A DNA stretch of 63,724 bases, the filler included, from Choristocarpus tenellus KU-1152 (taxonomy: Eukaryota > Protista > Phaeophyceae), in assembly GCA_964200185.2 (NCBI GenBank). It is 12 parts of 12 records of this genome, joined end to end, with 100 filler letters (N's around TTAATTAATTAA, not from the genome) between each part and the next. Parts side by side here need not be neighbours in the genome. Positions count along the whole stretch, not along the records: positions 48,235 to 60,778 come from CAXNAD020001800.1; positions 60,879 to 63,724 come from CAXNAD020024243.1; 10 more parts are not named here. One strand, 5' to 3'. Each line of letters opens with the position of its first letter. Within the stretch, counting starts at the first letter, position 1. Under the pieces are notes generated by a model that was not told the DNA's origin, searched no databases, and was given only the letters and a program-made list of their open reading frames with translations. The position numbers and the translations under genes are program-made. This document shows positions 49,270 through 61,738 of this stretch, piece by piece.

Positions 49270-51416
49270 TTGGTTTCGTATCCTGTTCAAGAGGGACATT
49301 CACGTTTTGGGGGAATGAAATGAGGGTCAGAACAGACAAGCAGGTTCTGCTCGTATGTGTTGTTCCAACTTTTGATACAACAGAGAAAGTTTGCATGTTA
49401 CGGAAAAATGAAAACATTATATTTGTTAAACAAAATTGAAGAATGCCGATGTGCACATATTATCTGTACGTGCTTGTATGCAGCATGTGTTGTATGTTTA
49501 CTTACGGCCCCTAGTCAATTCATTGCACCACTTCCTATCGGAGAGGTATACACTTTGTGCATTGAGCGGCACATCCAACCTAGCTTTAGGACACTGTTAT
49601 TTGAAGTATAACTTGAAAAAAATTAGTATAGTACTGCAACTATTTGGAGCAACCACTACCAATCGTTACTATTAAGAAGTGAGGAGGAAACAAGTCACAA
49701 TCAACATACCACCTTTGGTATCAACAGTAGAAAGAACAGGTAGCAAATTGATAAATCTTTCTGGAAAAGATGGTGTCCCACAAATGATGACTCTTCTGTA
49801 CTAGAAAAAATAGTAGAGTCCATTGTTTGCTAAGGAGCCGTATTGTTGAAGGAGGTGATCAATAACCACAAGCCACATGCAAGCTATTTCTGCATGCGAA
49901 CCACAGCTTGTGACTATCTATATGTAGCACTGCACTTGGGAAGGCCATTTTTGTGTTACCCTGCATGAAGTATGCAATTCATACATTCCAGTTCATCTAA
50001 AAGTGTGCCATGCAGGCAGCGAAAAACACAAAAAAGTCAAAGGAACGTCAAAAGTCACGATGAAAAGGGGAGGATCGGGAAGCTAGGTGGTCAAGAAAAT
50101 TAGAGCTGGCACACAGCATCACTCCCCCTCCCGTCCACACCAATAAGGACTTGCTCAATAATCTATCTCAAATGCAGAAGCATCCTTCCACAGCACAATT
50201 CTCAACAGCCACCCAAAGGTACAACAGTGGTCATAGCATTGTCACCAAAGGACACGCATTATCACAAGATCAGGCTCATTTTTGTAGCATGGTACAATCA
50301 CTGCGACAACAGGAATTGGCATCTCAAACATCCCAACTGTCAATGCTTAGTCAGCTCAGGGGGAGAGGGAGACACCCCCCTATTAACACCCTCATCTTGT
50401 CTTCATCACTTCCTTTTATATTGGTATCCCCCTTCCCAACCCTTCTCTTGTGATGAGATTGAAGCACCGCATAGGGGATAAGCAGGTCCAACACACAAAT
50501 GATCATTTCCCTTCGATGAACCCCCATGACCGGCTTGCTTCCAAAATCCCCATGGTCCTCTTCAGTCCAAATTTCCTCACTTTACAAGACGCTGACGCTG
50601 ACACTGACAATGTCAAAACACCCAAAACAGACAATATTTTTTCCTTCACTCCCCCCCCACTGACCCCTGTCCCCCCTCCCTCCACCACCTCAGTTCCCCC
50701 TTTCCTTGAAAACACAATGACCCACAAATCCTAGATGGCAGCAGAGGTTCCCCTACCATCACTGCCACCATCCCCTTCCCCCACTACCTCTCCTCCGCCA
50801 GAGCTCAGGCTCGATCCCTGACGAACTCTTCCCCTTGTTCGCACAGCTCCTGAAGGTGGTAAGTACAAGCGTGTTGGACTACTGCTGGGGGTTGAAAGGA
50901 CACTGCTCACCGGGTTCTGATGTTGGACACATCATGAGGAAGAGGAGGATTTGAAAGGGTGAGGGGGGGATAAAAAAAGTCAAGCCAGGGGATTGTTACA
51001 TGCTCAGAAGTGAGAGGGAAAAAATGAACCAATACAGTACATACTCTGGAATACGTTAGGACACTTAGGATGGAGATCAAGGTGAAACCATGAGTCCCAA
51101 ACTTTTGCCATAGCAGACTGAGAAACACTACAGAAGGACCAAATCTGACTCCCCATTCCTTTCCAGGAATAGGAATAGGAGAGCATGTCTGATACAGGAA
51201 GAAATGACAAAAACTATCTCATAATGTTTGGTCCAGACCCAGCAAAGAAGCACAACTTGTAGGATGGCGGAGGGGAGGTGCTCTACCATTAGAGTTGTCT
51301 TGTCTTAGAGGGCACACCCCCATTCAAGAGTCTTAGCCTGAGTTCACCAGCATAACTCCCCATATTTTATTGAAAAGTAATATGTTTTCAGCTACAACAA
51401 ATATCTAGCTATAAAT

Positions 51417-54400
51417 TCAAACCTCATTGTCCATATCCAGATCTACATCAATGTCTCCCGTGTCCAGGCCTCCGTCACGGTCCTGAGAACCACCACTGAC
51501 CCTACGTTCAATGGGAATATTAATTGCATTGTCCATCGCTGAGTCATCTGCAGGTAGCATCTGGAGACAGGGGATGGAAGCAAATCAAGTGTCAGTGTAA
51601 GGAGAATGAGGCCAAAGGTTTCCCAATCTTAGATGGATAGATGGAGAGGGCCAAGGCATCAAAGTTGAAGTGGCTCAGAAAAACAGAGGTGGAGACCTCA
51701 ATGGAAGGAGAAAAAAAAAAGAATTACATGGGACAGACTAAAAAAAAATCCTGATACATGTAGAGTAGAAAAGTGTAACCATGCTATCCCCATTTACTTG
51801 GTTATTGTCTTCCTCCAAGTCCTCCTCATCTGTGTCCATTGGCGAGGACTGTCGATGAACAGTTGGTGGTGGGCTCATGAGGAACGGCTCCCTCTTGGGC
51901 TGCGGTGCACAACAAAAAAAACATGGGGAAAGGGAGAGGGAGAGGGGGGGGTAAAGAGGAAAAATAAGGGTGATTGTGTGTGTGTGTGTGCGCGCGCGTG
52001 CATATTGGACTGTGGCAGCACCATAGGAGGGGTGGGGTTTGGGACTCACATACCCCTTGAACAACCTATTGCATCACTTCATGGATTCACAATTGTGGCA
52101 AAGTAAATCTAACTCCCATGTGCAGACCCCATAAAAATAAAAACAAGACCAGACAACGGGTAACCAACCAAAGTGAGTACTACATGCCTATGACCTGACA
52201 ACTACAGGGTCCTGCTGCACCAGGCACGCTCTCACTTTCCACAACTTAGTCTCACAAACCAACACAAAATCTACAGCATTACCTCAAAGTCTTATCCTCC
52301 CCTACAATCCCATCCCCTTCCTGTGGCCGTCCCTGCACTGTCCTCCACTTCATCTCACCGATGGTGATGCAAGGACCCAGCCAGTTACTGGGGGCTCATC
52401 CGAGGCCAGCCCATTGCTGGGGCAGGGTGAGAAGTAGTAGTCGATGTCGTTGTTAGAACCGGGGGTCTTCCGTGGAGGTACAATCGAAATATACCACATT
52501 TTGGTGCGGTCTTTCAATGTACAACGGTACTGCATTGGAAGCGGGCATAGGGTGGTTATCGATCTTAGGGCAAGGATGGTATATGTGGGGTATGGGACAA
52601 AGTTTATACCATACCCAAGGTACCAGATGAACATGGTAAAAAATGCATCAGCAACCAATCCAGAGTGGAGGATAATCAGGCAACAATTGAGGTATACAGA
52701 CCTGCTCGCAGGGCCCGCGCTACCAAGATGAAAGAGTAAAGACAAAGAGTCATGACGACAATGCACTTGTGGCTAATTCAGTGCGTAATAAAAGATCACA
52801 TAAATGTATCAACACGCTTTCATGCTGAATGTGGATATGATACAAGGTGATGTGACGAGGACTGAGTATGCAGGGACATGGTCTCCCTCCAGCTCCAACT
52901 GCTAATACGATGCTGCACCGGGTATGACAAAAGCCTTTCTGGTCCAAACCACGTACGACAATACTTGGAACCCTTTCAACCTACAACACTGAAATTGTAT
53001 CACTGACCCGAAGACAAGCACCGGGGACAAACTCTTACCTTGTCAAAAACAAAACCAACAACGAACAATCCAGAAACATCAGGCATTTTCATAAATGACA
53101 CTTGAGAGCTTGTACCAGCACAAAATATAGACTCCAGATGGGGTATTTGCTTTGTATTCTGTATTCAGGCACCCTCTACCAAGCCATCTTCAATACCAAC
53201 ATACCTAACCCCGTACTTACCAATGTGAAAGCCCTCCCAGCTCCTTTCCTGCTCTGGTGTTTGTACATGGTGGTATCGTCCCACTCCCCACAGGGCATGT
53301 AGGTCCCGTTGGCATCCCTGGTTCCTGCCCCTCTAACTTCCACCGGCTCTCCTCGGCCGCTGGTAACACAATAACAAGAGGGGCAAGGGGGTATACGGAG
53401 AAGGAAGATTCTTACAGCAATATCAATGAAAAAATCAGGTAAAATCACCTGATACAATCAAAACAGGACAAAGGCCACCAGCCACCGAAATAGTTAGACC
53501 AAGAGACAAAGCTGCAACAATCCGCACTTCTGAAAGCATGTTATTGGCACTACTACATACTATCGAACCACAACCCTCTGCACTGTGCAAGCAAGGCAAA
53601 ATGTAACCATCATTGCCAAGTGCGACACGACCTAAGAGGTACAGAAACGAACATGAACACAAAGACTACAAACAAAACACAACACCCCGGTCCTCCCCAG
53701 ATCACACACAAGGCTCAATAAAAAAGCACAGCATCAATGGTAGCAAAGTGAAACGCGCCTGTAGTCACTTTCATCTCCAGAGTCCAGATCATGCTGCCGG
53801 CGGCTGCACTGCTCCCCGCCACGTGCCCTTGAGTTGAATGTGTTATCATACCGACTTTGCCATCTTTGCCACACATCCGGATGTTCCTGGAGCCAAGAAG
53901 GCATGTTAAGTGAGAAAGGGAGGGGTTGGAGGCTCAGGGATAATAGCAAGGGATTTGTAAGGGTATGGAGGGGGGAGAAGTGTAAGGGCTTCAACAAAGT
54001 TGATTCTACGAAGCCCACGCCTGGAGCGTGTACTTGCCAGAGCGCCACATATATTTCCATTAAACACACAGAAGGGATGGGACATAACACTCACACAGGC
54101 ACACAAGAGGTTGAATAGAAACATTGAGGTTTCATGTTACAAATACATGTAAATATAACTGGACACTACCTCTGCTTTCACTCCAGGCCATGCAACCCCA
54201 TGCCCCTCTAGACCTGAACCTATAAAGATCGATATCGTGAAATCAGTCCATGGACAGGTGAACTCGCAACAAACATAAGAACATATCAAACTAGGACTTA
54301 CACTATGTGGGTTGCACTTGAAATTTCGAATAGTTCATTGTCTCGACCTGAACAAGGGAAGGGACAGCCAGCAGAAGGGCATTATCATCTCCTTTCACTA

Positions 54401-57400
54401 CAACCTGCAAAAAGCAACTATCATCCACCTTCCCCGTTCACCTAAAAATAAAACAAACCAACCGCCAATACTGCACGATCAACCAAACACAACATTTTGG
54501 CCCATCTCAAGAGACTTGGCAACAACTCACAGCCGTTTACAACACGGCACAAAAAGTGGATTTGGATCACGACACTCTCCTTAGTGTAACAGTCTGTTGA
54601 TAGAAATGGAGTTAATGATATTTGCAGATACAAGGAGGAAACAAAATGCCCTCAAAATCCCAAGGATCAAAACTTAGCATTTCATTTGATTTGATACACA
54701 CTTTGTATTTTTCTGCCTTTCGGTCCACATTCACCAGAGTACATGCAATACAAAGAGAAATAAGAACATCAGTGTGACACCAACCCAGCCAGACAGTCAA
54801 CCAGGGACAATAATTTGATTGCTCCCCCCACAAAGGCAACCAGGGCATCCAATTTCATCAGATCCAAATAGCTCTGGCTACTTGAGAAAATATATGCCAA
54901 GGTCGTGAGGGTTGAAGTGGCTCCTGGGGTTAGTAGGTGCTGACCTCCAGCCACGGTCTAACAGCTGGAACCTTGTTGATGACCTTCCACAGCTTCAGGT
55001 AGCGGTTGGCCTGAGCTTCTGCTTGCTGTACATAATGATACTGCCGTTGCTGTCATGAGGGGTTGGCACCAGTGCACAGGTGGAGTGGGAGTAGAGGGAC
55101 TGTTACAAATACACAATGCATTCTAGTACGAGAAGTTCGGTTTGTGTGGGGGTAGGGGCAAGAGGGGACTGATGAGGGTTGGGAGAAGAATAAGAAGAAA
55201 TAAATTGCTATCTACAGATTGCCACCAACCCCGACAGGACCCCTGGGTGCAAGCATCATAAACACGATCAGACGAACCAACGAAGCATTGCCTGCCCAAT
55301 GTCCTAACACCAACAAGCATCAACATCAACATCACAGTACAAAAGACAAAACTATTTTTAAATATATATTTTTTCACCTGTGCAACAGCATCCAGCGCGG
55401 AGGCTGTTGCATTGCTGAGTCCGATTGATGGCTCGCAGTACGCCTTCTGGATACGATCGGTTTGGTGGGCATCCCTCAGTCGCAGTATGTGGACCAACAC
55501 ATCTGTCAAGGCCTTTTCCAACCTCTCATCAGTTGGCCACACTTCAGTATCGTGGGGGGGGGGTCAGGGTTAACAAACTTAGGGTTAGGGAAGGGAGGAC
55601 ATGGGATAAATCCTCCCAATCATTCATACCACAGAAAAACCTATGAGTCACAATTTACCCTTTCCATCTCGGCATGGGATACGGGCAAGGGCATCCAATG
55701 TTCACTTGTCCAGGACTTCAGATATTGTGCTGGGTTTTGTCTGACGCCCAAATCCCAGCGTTATATTGCTTGCTTTACATGCTCATAAGCTCTTCGAAAG
55801 ATGCTTTGGCTAGCACCTGTATGGTGCTACATTCAAGGATTCTCTTTTGAGAAATACCCTTTCGATGGCTGATTACTTACTACTACTACTAATAGTGCGA
55901 CATCAGGACTAAAATAAGAGTGGTCCAACATTGAAGTATGGTCCAGCTTGCAGCTGTCTCTTCACCATCTTGAGGACAAGGACCATAGGCAAACACAACA
56001 GCATGCTATAAGTAAGAGCTTGTTCTAACAAGGGCCAATGATGTGCTGACTGTAATTAAATTTTTTTATAGTCGATGCCCAGTGCTTCAAGTTTTCAAGT
56101 TCTAAATATCAAACATGCTGAACACAAGAGAAAGCCACCGGAATCCTTTCTAACTGTTTTTAAAAGCCCCTGTCAAGATCAACCAAGATTCATCCAAGAT
56201 TCCTTTATGAACTACTTGTAGTGCCAAAGAACCATCTGTTAAATTTTCAAACCCCAAGTCCTGTGCAATCACAGATCTGAAAATCTTAACAATATAAACA
56301 GTCATCTAACCTCCAACCACATAGGAACATTAATGTATGCCTAAAAATTAGAGTGACTTCATTCAGTCAGTTCATTTTCGATATCCGAGCACACAAAAGT
56401 CCAGCTCTTTCAAGCGCCTTTTTGCCACCATTCACAACCCAGACCTGAACCACTCTTTTTTGTCATTATCCAAGTGAACAGATAATTCCCAAACAACAAG
56501 GAACAGAGATGGTGAAGGTTCGAATACGAGCAGGAACTCTCAAAGGCCTTTGCGCTTGCCCTTCCTCGTCCATCTCTTCACCCAAATAACAACATATATA
56601 TATATATATATATATTTTAGAACCAAATAGTTTCGAAAAAAACCCCAGCATCAGTACAGCCAATTAATTGATCCCTTGGTCCATTCCCATAAAATTCAAA
56701 ATCTCCAAAGGAAATGCCATGATCTCTAGTGCTTTTAACAGATAGTTCACATGGCACAATCAATTCATTTCTACCTCTTCCTTCCAGCAGTGGGAGACAC
56801 ACAACTACCCGAGACAAAAAATACGCCTCCTGATACGCACGTGCAACACACACAACGCACAAAACCACTACCATATACCCCAACTAAACCCTCTTGCCTG
56901 TGACGACATTGTCACATGTCACTCACATCAAGTTGACCACTACTTGAGATCCCATCACCATCACCATCACCACTAACCCTAACCCTAAGAAGGAAGCGCA
57001 AGAGAGAAGTACAACCAAAAAGCACCACCAACGCAGTCACGCATCTCATCACTATGTACACACACAACTCAGTGCAGCTGACTTATTGTAATCATTTTTT
57101 TCTTTGGTTCTCACCAGCACGAATGTTAGCAAACTCATACAGAGCACTGTTGATGATGTGGAGAGACTCCTCGGGACGATCCAGGCAGAACCGGCAGAGG
57201 ATCAGTGTACTCACATCTGCACCCGTGGGACCCTGCTGCATTGCACACAAATAGAAGTCCAAGCTGTGCACCCATGTGGCATCCCCACAGGGACGAAAGG
57301 GGGCAAGCAATAGAAGCAGATGAGAGAAAGGGTTATAATCATGAGCTGAGTGTTGGACACCTGACAAGAGGTGTTTCATCATGTTCACCGGCCATGTACT

Positions 57401-58361
57401 TTCAGTGTAGTGAACAAGTCGAACTGGCCTTTTGATTCTTTCCCCACGGGACCTCCCCAATCTATTTTCGTTTTTCCAGAGAGCACGGCGGGGAACTCCT
57501 GTAGTCTCAGAACAGCCCTCCATCTTCATCAAAAGAGTTTTTGATGATCTAATCTTGTTCACCAATTTACTCCTTGTATAATATAACATATCCATCCACA
57601 CCCTTCGCCAAGATATGCACCCACACACTATGTCCTGCACTCCATTAAACAGGTGTATCATATTTACAGTCACTCCTCTACAAACCCCAAATACCTCATA
57701 ATCGCCACAACAAAACACAGGTGTGAAGAGGGAGATATGACATCAAAACCTCACCCTAGAAGACGGGGCGCACAATCAGAACCCTTTCACAAACACCAAA
57801 GAGACAAAAACCGCACCAAAACCTATACAAAAACCACTATCAAAATCGATCAATCCATCAACCATTACATACACAAACTGCAACTAACGTTATGCAGAAT
57901 GAACAGCGTAAGTCACTGTCATCTCAGTGTGTTGGTGCTCGTTACAATGCAACAATGGGGGGCAAGCATAGGACTATGTGTGCGGACCTTCTCAATGCTA
58001 TGACTGTCAGGTCTGGGAGTAAGGCCCGATCTCCCCGTGATGAAAGGCTCAAGTCGTAGATCTCATCGCCATAGCCCTGACCCACACTGAGGTCTGACCT
58101 GTAACCCTGGTGGTACAGGTCGTTCCAGACCTGGAGACAAGTGAGTTTTCAGAGGAACATCAACAGAATGGAAAAAAAGGGAGGGAGAGGCAGGGGAGTG
58201 CAGGGGGGAGGGGGGGGGGGGAAGTAGGGAGGGGGATCTACAAGCATGACTGACAGGTGGTTCCAAGACAGGAATTTCCAAACNNNNNNNNNNGGTGAAG
58301 AGACAAAAAAGACAAGAAAAAAAGAAGAAAAAAAAAAAAAAAAAAAAAAAAGAAAAGAAAG

Positions 58362-58403
<42 letters not shown>

Positions 58404-60134
58404 AGTAGTGAGGGGGATCTACAAGCATGACTGACAGCTGCTTCCAAGACAGTAATTTCCAAACACTTCTTTGTAGGTGGAGTAGCATGTGTCTCCTAAA
58501 CTAATTGAGAGGGACTGGGATTGAGGCCATCTTTCCTAAAAATCCATATATATATATGCACAGTGTAGAGGATCCACATCTAAGCAGAACACACAGGGAA
58601 TTGGCACTGTACATTTCTCTTATTCGGGGGAGGAGGGGAGGGAGGGGATGGGGAAGAGGGGAACCACAATAAAACTTCAGAACTCACCTGTCGAGGCTCT
58701 GCGACAGCTGTATCCCTATAGTATTTTAGGAAACCCTCCTCACTGAGGCAGGCATTATTCCTTCCGGGCAGGCATTGGTACTTGCCCAAAACTCCCTTCA
58801 GCACCATGTCTGAGTCGCGGTGAGACTTTACTCCACACCCCTCCATGTAATGAGTCTGACAGACAACATAGTGTTACCCATTATGTATTATGTAAAAGGG
58901 AATGGGATGCAATCATGCTGAGATTGAAGGGGGGTAGTGGTGAGGCTTGCACAAGGCAAATGTGTCCCAGTGAACCCAATCTCACACACGAGAGATCCCA
59001 TTGGTGTAAATATCGCCTTACATGTACAGTATGGCCCCCTACCTCTCCCTATTAATATTGCCACATATCAAATCGAAGCAGGCTAAAGAACCTATCAAAT
59101 TAGAGAAAGAGCATACAATGTACCATTTTGAACGGAGAAGTGGGGGAGGGGGGAACACATGACCTGGATCTAACCTCTCAGGCATACTAGGTCGAGGTAG
59201 ATAGCCATACAATGTCTTGCGAACCAATTTGCACAACAACATAAAACATGCCATCTCAATCATCACGCAGCCAACTACTACTTGTCTCATCCCTCCAAAC
59301 GAACCTTATCCCTCCAAAAAGGTGTACCACCCCTATTTTGAACCTCACTCCTCTCTCCACTTACCATGGTGTGAATATCCATCCCCCCCTTATGACTGTG
59401 ACGCCGGAATATTTCCAATAACGCTGCTCGAGCCTTTGGTGTCAGCTCCGACAGCTTTTGGTGCACGTGTGGACCAGGGGTGCGTGTGTGTGTAGGAGGG
59501 TGGGTGGGGGGGGGGTGGGGGGAAAGATTGATAAATCACCATTCCTGTGAACATCCTCTTGGTACTCAAAATGCACAGTTCATTAAAGACTGTAAGTTAT
59601 CATACCATCAAGTACGGTTGGTTAGACCTGTTCTTGATCACAAAACAAAAACATTTGAAAATGAACATGAACTCCCCATTCTGAAACAACCTTATATGCT
59701 CAACAGGAATGGTCTATACTCAAAGGTATTCTATACCCAGATCAACCCCACGATCAAAAACCACAATCTCCTGTCTATGTGTGTACGCGTGAAGCTATTT
59801 GGACAAATAATAGTAATAATAAAAACACACACATGACCAACTCTAGAGGTAAGTATGCATTGTCAAAAAATGATATTCTCTATCTTGCTAACTCCACTTG
59901 TGACTCTCTCTCTCTCTCTCACACACACACAATCCCATCCTTAGTCCTTCCCTGTCTCACCTGTGCATGTCCCGAAGAGGTGGTACTGGGGCCCCATGTA
60001 CACGTGGGCTCCTCCAAGAGATCTGCCTTCCTTTCCCTTTGAGCACCCAGAAGCATAGATATAGCTTCCAACAGATACACATAATCACTGTGCGGGCTAT
60101 GCTGCACCAGGGTCTGATTGAACATCCGTACCAC
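51417..60134 (-). CDS. 3' part (about 12 exons) of a large protein, probably the C-terminal region of a USP9/24/34-like deubiquitinase
   Basis: Phase-consistent exons include 60134-59961, 59454-59365, 58855-58688, 58130-57988, 57263-57115 and 55541-55378, ending ..DMDNEV*. EF-hand-like LTPKARAALLEIF..LSEEGFLKYYRDTA..PRQVWNDLYHQGYRSDL and VRPWLEEHPDVWQRW. The gene is well supported, but the family call is from recall and no catalytic domain is in the window. Confidence 0.6.
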
Positions 60135-60668
60135 CTGGGCCGGTAGGGTATTTTGGTAAGGCAGGGGAAGGAATCCTTCAAAGCACGATATTGTAACAAG
60201 CATAGTGAGCTCCTTATATTTCGTACAATAGTAATCTACCAAGGTGGGGTGCACTTTGCCCAGTTCCCAATACCTACAATGTCTACATCTTCGTCTCATC
60301 TCTATACAAAAACCTCAACATCTATTTGCACGTGTATATGTGCTTCGTAGCAGCGGAGTATTGGATATGGCCACGTAGCAAGTGGTTCATTTGTGTTCCT
60401 GCTGGAGAAGGCGAATGACCCTATCCAAATGGAAATACTAAAGATTGAAAAAAAAAGCACAGGTAATCAGTTGTTCAAATACCTGCTTTGTTTTAGGAAA
60501 GATGCTAACATCTTCAGCAGCCAATGCAGTTGAAGTGTGTATACATCAGTTCCAACACACAAGCCTACCCCTTCTCCATCCAATTCCCAGTATGCAAGGA
60601 AGATTCCCACCTTCCACATCTACTACTACCCCACCCTCATTGATAACGACCACAGGCATGTCCCGTAC

Positions 60669-60724
<56 letters not shown>

Positions 60725-60878
60725 ACACCCCCCCCCCCCCCCTCTCCCGGGCGCGCCCCCCCGCATGCACACTTTGGGNNNNNNNNNNNNNNNNNNNNNN
60801 NNNNNNNNNNNNNNNNNNNNNNTTAATTAATTAANNNNNNNNNNNNNNNNNNNNNNNNNNNNNNNNNNNNNNNNNNNN

Positions 60879-60963
60879 CGACCCGTGCCACCAAACCACA
60901 CCAAAAAAGTGAAAATCGAAAAAAGGGTGAATCCCCCCCCCCCCCTCCCAGATACTTTGAGCC
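60879..60963 (-). mobile_element. MITE family B end at contig start, abutting a family A copy
   Basis: CCCCCTCCCAGATACTTTGAGCC. Confidence 0.75.
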
Positions 60964-61179
60964 TGTCCGTTTGGCACTTGGCTTCCAGTGGGTTTTTTTA
61001 TGACATTTTCCTACTCCAAAATGTTTCGGAGTAGGTAAAATGTATACGCCATGAAATGTATTGCCAAACAAGGATATTGACACTTCCTAACAAACAGATA
61101 GCCAAGTTACATCAAGATCGCAACATTGAGTTTTGGCCCCCAAATGGACGGGGCTCTACTCTTTAAGATATTTTGGCTC
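60964..61179 (-). mobile_element. MITE family A lacking one terminus
   Basis: TGTCCGTTTGGCACTTGGCTTCC...CCAAATGGACGGGGCTCTACTCTTTAAGATATTTTGGCTC. Confidence 0.85.
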
Positions 61180-61509
61180 TTTCAGTTTGATTTTTATCGG
61201 AAAACATACTGATGGAGTTGTGCGGGTGCTTGTATCGTAGTCCCCCCTTAAAGAACAACAGAGGAAGGCCCTGGAAGATTTAGATAAATTGTAACCCACT
61301 TTGAAAAAATTAGGTTCACCTGAACTCTGCATCTCACCCCCAGTCACACTTTACGTCCTTCCCTCTCCTTCTTCTCAATCAATCACACTCCATCTCTACC
61401 TATCACAATTGTCTTTTTTCTCTCCTCATCTTCCTGAGACTCACACTCCCATCTTCATTTAAGGAGTATAAGCCAGCCGATGCCCCTCAAGCTGTTGTCA
61501 TTTCCTTAC

Positions 61510-61738
61510 CTATATCCTCATCCCACAACTCCACAGCCACCCTGGAACGTGTCTTGTCACCAACAAGATTCAAGGTGAAGGTCTCCTGAGGTTCATCCCA
61601 TACTGGCTCACGAGTCTTGAACAGGGTACGGGTGCGCCCAATTTCCCTCTTGTTGACAATGACCACTGCAAATGGATCTGATGAGCCAAAGACATCGGCC
61701 TTGGCTAAGCCTGAGGCAGAACAGACTGTCAGCGCTAC
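61510..61738 (-). CDS. C2-domain exon of a larger gene (another probable exon at about 63580-63645)
   Basis: VALTVCSASGLAKADVFGSSDPFAVV..EIGRTRTLFKTREPVWD..ETF..VELWDED, bounded by aaag| and |gtaagg. Confidence 0.85.

Noticed and set aside
58195-58463. Direct repeat of about 75 bp either side of a 10-N gap
   Set aside because: Most likely an unmerged scaffold overlap next to poly-G/poly-A, not a real duplication.
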